Below are positions 57,145 through 64,000 of a DNA stretch of 64,000 bases, one piece after another. The number at the start of each line of letters is the position of its first letter. Position 1 is the first letter of the stretch. The position numbers and the translations under genes are program-made. The stretch lies in assembly GCA_964446885.1 (NCBI GenBank), contig CAYUQV010000004.1:36381-100380 (forward strand), in the 5' to 3' direction. The stretch comes from an uncultured Methylocucumis sp. GTDB taxonomy: Bacteria > Pseudomonadota > Gammaproteobacteria > Methylococcales > Methylomonadaceae. Under the pieces are notes generated by a model, which saw nothing but the letters and a program-made list of their open reading frames with translations, did no database searches and was not told where the DNA came from.

Positions 57145-57365
57145 TTTATCCTCACAATAGTCCAATTTATTTATTATATTTATGCAAATATTGCCTGAAA
57201 ATGGTTGTTTATTTTCAAGCAATCACCTTTGTTACAACGTGTTTTTAGCGGGTGTGGATTGTCGGTAATCCACTAAATTAAACAACTTACCACGATAAAA
57301 AATCAATTCAAGTGCTTTGCGTGCATTAATTCATTTTTTATGGGTGGGGTAAGTTAGCGGCTTTT

Positions 57366-58922
57366 TTAATCACTGTCCATTTTCTTTTTATCATGGGCTT
57401 TGAGGCATTCGAATTGCCAATACCCTAGGCCGATATTTTTTTTATTGTGGAGGATGATGTTGTATTCGTCATGCTCGATAAATAAGCGGATGGGATCCCC
57501 TGGTTTTAGCTGGAAAGTGTCGGCTATCAGGTAGCTTTTTATTTCCGTATCTTTGGTTTGGTAAAATAAGGCTTTTTTGAAGCTTTCATTGCTGTTTAAT
57601 AAAAAATAATTGATAGCGATGGCTTGTTGGGTCAAAAGGTTGACCCCAAAACTGAGTTTGCCTGTCTCTTTTTCAACAATCAGTTTGTCTATGACGCCTA
57701 ACGCTCGTCTGTTGGCGGGGGCATCTTTTTTTCTAAAGCTGATGAGGCTGCCTACCGATAAGATGCTGGGTTTTCTGAATATGCAGGATAACGCCCGGTC
57801 AGAAACCGAATAGGCTAGGTATTCAAGGTCTTCTTCCTCGCTGTTATTGTCTGGTTTTTGCATTTTAAAAATTGACGTCAAGCCTATGGAAACGTAACGG
57901 TCTAGCCGATCTTCAAAAAGGGATGCGCTTCTGAGTGGTATGCCTGCCCACCGTAGTTTGAGGTATTCAAGCAGTTCCGGGCTTAAGCCTTGGTTTTTGT
58001 TGTCAACTTGGTTCAGCCTTGCAAATCTTGATTCGGCTGGGTTGGCGGTCAGTTTGCTTTCGTCAAAGGCTTTGTATAAGGCGGTGAAGTCAACGAATAA
58101 TTTTGACGATTCAGAAGGGGCTAAGTTGTTGGCTTGGAAAACAGGGGGTTTATCTTCTTCGGCCAAAATCACACATTGGGCGTGTTGTTCAAAAACGGGT
58201 TGGTTTTTGAAGCTGATTAAGGAGTGGATGTGTTCGGCATAGCTTAAAACGAGGTTGATTTCCCGTTGCATCAAGCCTCTAGGGTCGGCGAGCGATAACA
58301 GGATAATTTCAATATACGCTTCTTCGGGGCTGCAAGTCCGGTTTGGAGCTTCAGAATTGTCATTCAGAGGTACAGGGTTGTTGTGTTTTTTGAGTTTGAC
58401 GCTCAATTTGTAAAATGAATGTAAGTCTATCCATATCCAATCTGGGATGGGCATGCCCATGATGAAATGGCTTTTGATGATGTTGCTTAAGCCTTTGATG
58501 CAGCGTTGGATGCCTAGGCTGGTGTTTTTCCCTTGAAACCAGCCGACCGAATTGCCCGTGAGTTCTTTGACGGCAATCCAATAGCTTAACGTGAATTCGC
58601 GCTGAAGCGAGACTAAAAACCTGAGGATTTTCTTATCATTTTCTTCTTTGGGGAAATCGGTTTTGACCAACCTTGACAATAAATATTCTTCAATCGCCAG
58701 AAAACTGGGACGTAAACTTTCTAAGGCATCCAAACGCAATTGGGTCGGCATTTTGATGCCATTCAGCTCAGAGATGTAGTCATAGACTAACCGGGATGCC
58801 AGCAACGGGTTGGCAATCGGCAACTCGGCAATCCACTGCTTGAGAATTTTTTCATCAAATTCCCTAAGCCGCTGCGGGCTGGTTTTTTGCTTTGGAATAA
58901 CAAGAAAAAATGAATGTTTCAA
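57366..58922 (-). CDS. hypothetical protein, FimW-like (putative c-di-GMP receptor)
   Basis: N-terminal 'WIAELPIANP...ELN...RLDALESLRP' pattern recalls Pseudomonas FimW-family proteins. Confidence 0.5.
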   Translation of the reverse strand: MKHSFFLVIPKQKTSPQRLREFDEKILKQWIAELPIANPLLASRLVYDYISELNGIKMPTQLRLDALESLRPSFLAIEEYLLSRLVKTDFPKEENDKKILRFLVSLQREFTLSYWIAVKELTGNSVGWFQGKNTSLGIQRCIKGLSNIIKSHFIMGMPIPDWIWIDLHSFYKLSVKLKKHNNPVPLNDNSEAPNRTCSPEEAYIEIILLSLADPRGLMQREINLVLSYAEHIHSLISFKNQPVFEQHAQCVILAEEDKPPVFQANNLAPSESSKLFVDFTALYKAFDESKLTANPAESRFARLNQVDNKNQGLSPELLEYLKLRWAGIPLRSASLFEDRLDRYVSIGLTSIFKMQKPDNNSEEEDLEYLAYSVSDRALSCIFRKPSILSVGSLISFRKKDAPANRRALGVIDKLIVEKETGKLSFGVNLLTQQAIAINYFLLNSNESFKKALFYQTKDTEIKSYLIADTFQLKPGDPIRLFIEHDEYNIILHNKKNIGLGYWQFECLKAHDKKKMDSD

Positions 58923-58989
58923 TTAATTGTCCACTAAGTTGATTGGATAAGGATTGAAGGCGATCAAAACGTGTCCGGTTGGCTAACCG

Positions 58990-59793
58990 TTAAGCACCAC
59001 CTTTCCTGCTCATCATTCCTTTTGACGGGTTGTAACCTAAAATCGCGATGGACATAAACACAATAAATGCCGATAAAGTATAAAACAGCGCGTATTCGTT
59101 GATTTGTCCATACAAGGCGAAACGGATCAATTCCACCGCTTGTGAAAAAGGATTGTAGTGTGCCAATGTGTGCAGCAATATGCTGGATTCTTTCAGTTTC
59201 CACAGCGGATATAAAGCGGTGGACATGAAAAACATCGGAAAGATCACAAAATTCATGACCCCGGCGAAATTTTCCAGTTGTTTGATGAATGAGGACAGCA
59301 GCAAACCTAATGCCCCCAGCATTAGGCCGACTAAGGTCAACGCCGGGAGTACCCAAAGGTAGCCTTGTAACGGTGCATGGATGTCATAAAACCAAGCAAT
59401 GGCCAGAAACACATAGACTTGCAAAATAGATACGCCGACCCCGGCCAGCAACTTGCTGAGCAATAGGAACCAACGCGGCAATGGCGAGACCATGAGGATG
59501 CGCATACTGCCCATTTCCCGGTCATACACCATCGACAAGGAACTTTGCATCCCGTTGAACAGTTGGATCATGCCGCACAAGCCTGGCGTGATATAGACTT
59601 CGTAGAGGATGTAGGTTTCGTAAGGTGGGCTGATGGCCAAACCTAATGCGGCTCTAAAGCCCGCAGCAAAGACAAACAGCCAGACCAGTGGGCGGACTAA
59701 GGCGGAAATGAAGCGTTCGCGTTGGGTGACAAACCGCCACAATTCACGCCCGATAATGCCCCACATCGCCCGCCAATAATGGATAAGGTTCAT
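58990..59793 (-). CDS. ABC-2 permease, PQQ alcohol dehydrogenase-associated (PedC-like)
   Basis: 'ISALVRPLVWLFVFAAGF', 'YEVYITPGL', 'SLSMVYDREMGSMR'. Confidence 0.88.
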   Translation of the reverse strand: MNLIHYWRAMWGIIGRELWRFVTQRERFISALVRPLVWLFVFAAGFRAALGLAISPPYETYILYEVYITPGLCGMIQLFNGMQSSLSMVYDREMGSMRILMVSPLPRWFLLLSKLLAGVGVSILQVYVFLAIAWFYDIHAPLQGYLWVLPALTLVGLMLGALGLLLSSFIKQLENFAGVMNFVIFPMFFMSTALYPLWKLKESSILLHTLAHYNPFSQAVELIRFALYGQINEYALFYTLSAFIVFMSIAILGYNPSKGMMSRKGGA

Positions 59794-60530
59794 GCTGCCT
59801 CTCCTTGGGTCAATTGCTGGAATGCGTCCTTAATTTGGGTCGTGGCTGTCAGGCTTAGGACATCATCGACTGTGCCGTTCGCTTTGATTTGGCCTTTATG
59901 TAAGACCAGCAAATGGTCGTCCGGGTAAATTTCATCAATCAGATGGCTGGCCCATAAGACGGCAAGGCCACTCTCTTGGCTCAGTTGATGGACATATTCA
60001 ACGATGGATTGGCGGCTAGGCACGTCCAGGCCAACTGTCGGCTCGTCGAGCAGCAATAATGACGGTTGGTGCAACAAGGCGCGGGCTATTTCTACGCGCC
60101 GTCTATGTCCGCCATTGAGTTGGCGGGCTTTTTCAAAGCGTCTGTCCCACATGTTGAGCCGTTCCAATTCCTGTTGGATACGTTGGTTTGCCAGTTTTCC
60201 GCTTAAGCCGTGTAAGGCCGTGTGGTAGCGCAAGTTGCCGATGACTGACAAATCCATATCCAAGGTGGTTTGTTGGAACACAATGCCCAATTTGGCCAAG
60301 GCTTTGCAGGTGTTCCGTTTTAGGTCGAAACCGCATAGTTCAATGCGCCCGTTGTGGCTGTCATAAAGCCGGGTAATTAAGGAAAATAATGTGCTTTTGC
60401 CAGCACCATTCGGGCCTAACAATACCGTGCATTCCCCGGCGCGGATTTGGAAGCTGATAGCGTCCAGCGCTTTTTTGCCGCCGTAGGAAAAGCTTAAATT
60501 TTCGACCGTCAAGGCGATGGCTGGTTTCAT
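59790..60530 (-). CDS. ABC ATP-binding protein (PedB-like)
   Basis: 'GPNGAGKST', signature 'LNGGHRRR', 'LLDEPTVGLD'. Confidence 0.92.
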   Translation of the reverse strand: MKPAIALTVENLSFSYGGKKALDAISFQIRAGECTVLLGPNGAGKSTLFSLITRLYDSHNGRIELCGFDLKRNTCKALAKLGIVFQQTTLDMDLSVIGNLRYHTALHGLSGKLANQRIQQELERLNMWDRRFEKARQLNGGHRRRVEIARALLHQPSLLLLDEPTVGLDVPSRQSIVEYVHQLSQESGLAVLWASHLIDEIYPDDHLLVLHKGQIKANGTVDDVLSLTATTQIKDAFQQLTQGEAA

Positions 60531-61486
60531 GGCTTTACGGCAACGCCCCAAGGATAAGTGCCGACACCGACCGATTTGGTGACGGTTTGGCTGTCAAGAT
60601 CGATGATGGAGATGTCATTGCTGACACCGTTGGTGGTATAGAGGCGTTTTTGGTCAGGCGAAAACGCCAAGTTCCAAACCCGTGAACCCACTAAGAACAT
60701 TTTTTCCACTTCAAAGGTTTGGGCGTTGACGACCGCGACACGGTTGGCAGGACCTAGGGCGATATAGCCGCGCCGCCGCTCTTTGTCAATCGCAATGCCA
60801 ACCGGTTGGATTTTGTCGGAAGTCACGCCTGTGGCTTCAAATTTGATGGTCTTGATGGGTTGTTTGGTTTTGGTGTCCAGAACCATGAGGGTTCCGGCCA
60901 TTTCGGATGTCACCCACAATTGTTGGCTGTCAGCGGTAAACGTGGCGGCACGTGGGCGCGGGTCGACCAAGGTGTTTTCGACGATTTCATGGTTTTGGGT
61001 GTCTATCCAATGCACCATGTTAGTGGTTTCGGATGCGCTGATGAGCCATTGGTTATCGGGGCTGACCGTGATGCCTTCGGGTTCCACGCCAACTTTAATC
61101 TGCTTGAAGGCTTTCTTTTTGCTGATGTCTATCGCCGTGACCATACTGTCATCTTCGTTGGACACATAAAGTTTGTCGCCAGCCGGGTTAAGGGCGAAGG
61201 TTTCAGGGTCTTCACCTGATGGCAAACGTCCGACTTCTTTTAAGGTGTTGGCATCAATAATTTTGATGGTGTTGTCATCACTGGTAGCGATATACAGCCA
61301 TTTATTGTCAGGGCTGATGGCAATGCCGCGTGGGCGTTGGCCGATAGGTACAGTTTTGACTAATTTGCCTGCGATAGGGTCAACAACTGCTAAGGCATTG
61401 TCTTTTTCTAGGGTGACAAACACCATTTCGGCGCTTGCACAGACTGAGAAGAAAAAAGCTAGCCCAGCAAAAAAGGTTTTTTTCAT
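60527..61486 (-). CDS. YVTN beta-propeller protein, PQQ-catabolism-associated (PedA2-like)
   Basis: Repeated 'VPIGQRPRGIAISPD', 'VGVEPEG', 'RPRAATF', 'VG.YPWGV'. Confidence 0.9.
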   Translation of the reverse strand: MKKTFFAGLAFFFSVCASAEMVFVTLEKDNALAVVDPIAGKLVKTVPIGQRPRGIAISPDNKWLYIATSDDNTIKIIDANTLKEVGRLPSGEDPETFALNPAGDKLYVSNEDDSMVTAIDISKKKAFKQIKVGVEPEGITVSPDNQWLISASETTNMVHWIDTQNHEIVENTLVDPRPRAATFTADSQQLWVTSEMAGTLMVLDTKTKQPIKTIKFEATGVTSDKIQPVGIAIDKERRRGYIALGPANRVAVVNAQTFEVEKMFLVGSRVWNLAFSPDQKRLYTTNGVSNDISIIDLDSQTVTKSVGVGTYPWGVAVKP

Positions 61487-61488
61487 GA

Positions 61489-62667
61489 TTAATTTTTCCA
61501 ATGGCATTGTGTTTCCGGTTGGTCAAAACCTAGTGTGTCGAGTTCCGTTTTGGGATGTAAAAAACCGTCAATAGGCGCGACCGTGACTAATGAGCGGGGT
61601 GCTGCCAATAAAATCGGTTGCCGAAGTTGCCCATCCCAATTCCTGAATGACAAAGGATTGCCTTTGTAGCCTTGCAAGGCAAATTTATCGCTGAGCAGAT
61701 AAGCTTTAATGGCATCCAGTCCATTCGATTTGCTACGGGTTGCCGCTTCGCCTAATGCTCGGACGGCCAGATAAGCGCCATAATCTTGTTCTTCCATCCA
61801 ACGTCCAGCTTGGTCTTTGAAACGGTTTTGCAATTGTACCGCACCCCATTGTTCATGGGTGCGGTGCCAGGAGGTGGCGACCAAGCCTTGTGTGCCGATC
61901 ACTGGCCTAGGCAGCCACGTGCGGTAATCCAAATATTCGCCAAACAAACCTTGCTCATCGGCCACTACCAAGACATCATAATCGTCAACTTGGCTGAACA
62001 CCGCCACATCGGATTGTGCCGTGCGCCGTGCGTCATAAGTGTGTTCCCAGGTTTTTTCGGCAACAATATCCATGTTCAGGCGTTTGGCGGCACGTTTTAA
62101 GGCATCGGCAAACAGGCGATCTTCGGTGGTGTTGCCTATGACTAAAAACCATTTACCCCAGCGTTTTTTCATCATGTACTGGGTCAGCGCATCTGCCCGC
62201 ATGGCTCGTGTCGGCAAAAGATGCAAGACATTGTTCCGGCATTGGCTGTTGCGCGATTCATCGTCTATAGTCGCCGCATCGAAAAATAGGATATCTTTTG
62301 CATTGGGCGTGTCGGCCAGTTTGCGCAATGTTTCTGCCGGTAACATGCTCACCAGAAAATGGTGTTTATTTGCGATCTGTTTTGCAAAAACATCAATAAC
62401 ATCACCATCTACAGGTACAATAAACTTTTTCAGGTTAAACTGTTGGTTAGTGAATTGACCTGTTGTATTGTTATCTTTGATTGCCAGTTCCGCCCCTAAG
62501 ACACCTTTGTTTTTTATAAAAGGGTCTAAATTGGATAACGTGGCAGGAGGGGCGGTTTCTTGGGCCAAATAGGCAATCTCGATAACTTGCTTATTTTTTG
62601 CTTCTGCCGTTGAGATAAATATACCAAAACTAAAACATAAAAAGTGAAATATTACCTTAATTATCAC
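61489..62667 (-). CDS. periplasmic substrate-binding protein, PQQ-catabolism-associated (PedA1-like)
   Basis: 'GAELAIKDNNTTGQF', 'AMRADAL.QY', 'W.RTHEQWGAVQLQNRF', 'SFRNWDGQLRQP'. Confidence 0.88.
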   Translation of the reverse strand: MIIKVIFHFLCFSFGIFISTAEAKNKQVIEIAYLAQETAPPATLSNLDPFIKNKGVLGAELAIKDNNTTGQFTNQQFNLKKFIVPVDGDVIDVFAKQIANKHHFLVSMLPAETLRKLADTPNAKDILFFDAATIDDESRNSQCRNNVLHLLPTRAMRADALTQYMMKKRWGKWFLVIGNTTEDRLFADALKRAAKRLNMDIVAEKTWEHTYDARRTAQSDVAVFSQVDDYDVLVVADEQGLFGEYLDYRTWLPRPVIGTQGLVATSWHRTHEQWGAVQLQNRFKDQAGRWMEEQDYGAYLAVRALGEAATRSKSNGLDAIKAYLLSDKFALQGYKGNPLSFRNWDGQLRQPILLAAPRSLVTVAPIDGFLHPKTELDTLGFDQPETQCHWKN

Positions 62668-62803
62668 GCAATTTTTCCTTAAATTAAGAGACTTGACTCG
62701 ATAATTCTAGCTGATTCAAAAAAAAAGCCTAATTCATATTTCAATATATTTTTCGGATATTGATGCTTAACCAAGGCATTACCACCCTTTGGACTATTCA
62801 TTT

Positions 62804-63205
62804 ATGATTGATTTTAAAGAAGATAACGATTTTGACGGGTTATTTGGGGACGATTTGCCTGGTGAGGATATAAAAAACAACCGTATTGCCACCCGGTTTG
62901 TCCGGGAAGATATTGATGCCTCAATTACCGATTTAGGTTTCCTGAACCGCAGTAAAGCGCATCCTGTCCATTTGATGGATATTACCAGCAAGGGAGTATT
63001 GATTAAATCAGATAAAAAACTAAATATTAATCAATCACTTACCTTGAAATTAAAGTTCTTGGCCGGAAAGGAGTTTGTTATCAAGGCTAAGGTCGTACGG
63101 GTTGCGGATTCGGCAAATAGTCAGTATGGCGTAAAGTTTGATCGCTATAACAATGAACTCGGCGATTACTTATTGGATACCCAAACCAAATTGGTGTTCA
63201 AATGA
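62804..63205 (+). CDS. PilZ domain protein
   Basis: 'RIATR' RxxxR and 'DITSKG' DxSxxG-like motifs; 'YGVKF'. Confidence 0.8.
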   Translation: MIDFKEDNDFDGLFGDDLPGEDIKNNRIATRFVREDIDASITDLGFLNRSKAHPVHLMDITSKGVLIKSDKKLNINQSLTLKLKFLAGKEFVIKAKVVRVADSANSQYGVKFDRYNNELGDYLLDTQTKLVFK

Positions 63206-64000
63206 GTGTAACGGCTATAACCCTTAATGGGCTAATTGTTTATCCCATCAAATCATTTGCTGGCATTTCTGTGGCATCTTGGCCTGTCGTGGAAACTGGG
63301 TTTAAGTATGACCGCCAATGGATGCTAGTTGATACGGATGGGCAATTTCTCAGCCAGCGCCGTTTGCCTGCAATGGCTTTGATTAGAACACAATTGCTTG
63401 ACCACACATTGGTGTTATCTGCATCTGGACAAAGCGATTTCCATTTGCCATTAGTGGCCGCTGATGGTCCGATTGTGGCCTGTAAAGTGTGGGAAGATAG
63501 TTGTACGGCTCGGCATGTGTCAGCGCAAGCGGACGCATGGTTCAGCGAAATTTTGCAACAAGATTGCCGTTTGGTGTATTTGCCTGATGAGGAAGTTAGG
63601 CTTGTTGACCCCGATTATGCAGCTCCAAGTGACCGCACGGCATTTTCAGACGGTTTTCCGTTTTTGTTAGTGTCGGAAAACTCTTTGGTGGCTTTGAATA
63701 CGGAAATGGGGCAGGACATGTCCATGGCGCGTTTCCGGCCTAATTTGGTGGTGGCAGGGTGTGAAGGGTATGCAGAAGATACATGGCGGCAAATCCGTAT
63801 CGGGGATATTGGCTTTAGGTTGCCTAAGCCTTGTTCACGCTGTTCTATCCCGACCATAGACCCGGACACCGCGCAGACTGGCAAGGAGCCTTTAACCGCT
63901 TTAAACCGTACCCGAAAATGGCAAAATAAGGTCTATTTTGGGCAAAATGCCCTACATGACCAGATCGGTGTGTTGAAATTAGGCGACGTGCTGACAGTGC
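63202..64000 (+). CDS. MOSC domain protein (YcbX-like), 3' truncated by the window edge; absent from the supplied ORF track
   Basis: ATGA overlap with the PilZ gene. My translation gives 'YPIKS', 'YDRQWMLVD', 'FSDGFP', 'RFRPNLV', 'KPCSRC', 'FGQN'. Confidence 0.92.
   Translation, partial: MSVTAITLNGLIVYPIKSFAGISVASWPVVETGFKYDRQWMLVDTDGQFLSQRRLPAMALIRTQLLDHTLVLSASGQSDFHLPLVAADGPIVACKVWEDSCTARHVSAQADAWFSEILQQDCRLVYLPDEEVRLVDPDYAAPSDRTAFSDGFPFLLVSENSLVALNTEMGQDMSMARFRPNLVVAGCEGYAEDTWRQIRIGDIGFRLPKPCSRCSIPTIDPDTAQTGKEPLTALNRTRKWQNKVYFGQNALHDQIGVLKLGDVLTV

Overview
Chromosomal window from a gammaproteobacterium, most likely a type I methanotroph of the Methylococcaceae. This is inferred from the gene set and from the PQQ-alcohol-dehydrogenase-associated ABC cluster. 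The backbone is housekeeping: serS, gltX with tRNA-Ala/Glu/Glu, hemW, pyrE, trmB, a thiS-thiG fusion, DAHP synthase, folA, priA, dapE, tyrS, recB-recD, MoxR/DUF58, and tRNA-Gly/Cys. Three accessory patches interrupt it. (1) An ABC-ATPase + TOPRIM-like pair, cut by the left edge. (2) An islet at about 33.0-40.6 kb. It carries a cytoplasmic Sel1-repeat histidine kinase translationally coupled to an intact receiver domain fused to a HEPN-type (RxxxxH) domain. A chain of toxin-antitoxin genes and a large NUDIX-domain protein follow. This is the best candidate for an undescribed phosphorelay-controlled defence/toxin system. (3) An islet at about 52.9-56.3 kb next to tRNA-Cys, with an HNH nuclease, integron-cassette-like signals and a MITE with a clean 8-bp target duplication. 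Intergenic spaces hold several families of MITE/REP-like palindromes. No CRISPR array, rRNA, integrase or intact transposase was seen. All family assignments come from motif recognition by eye; no database search was run.
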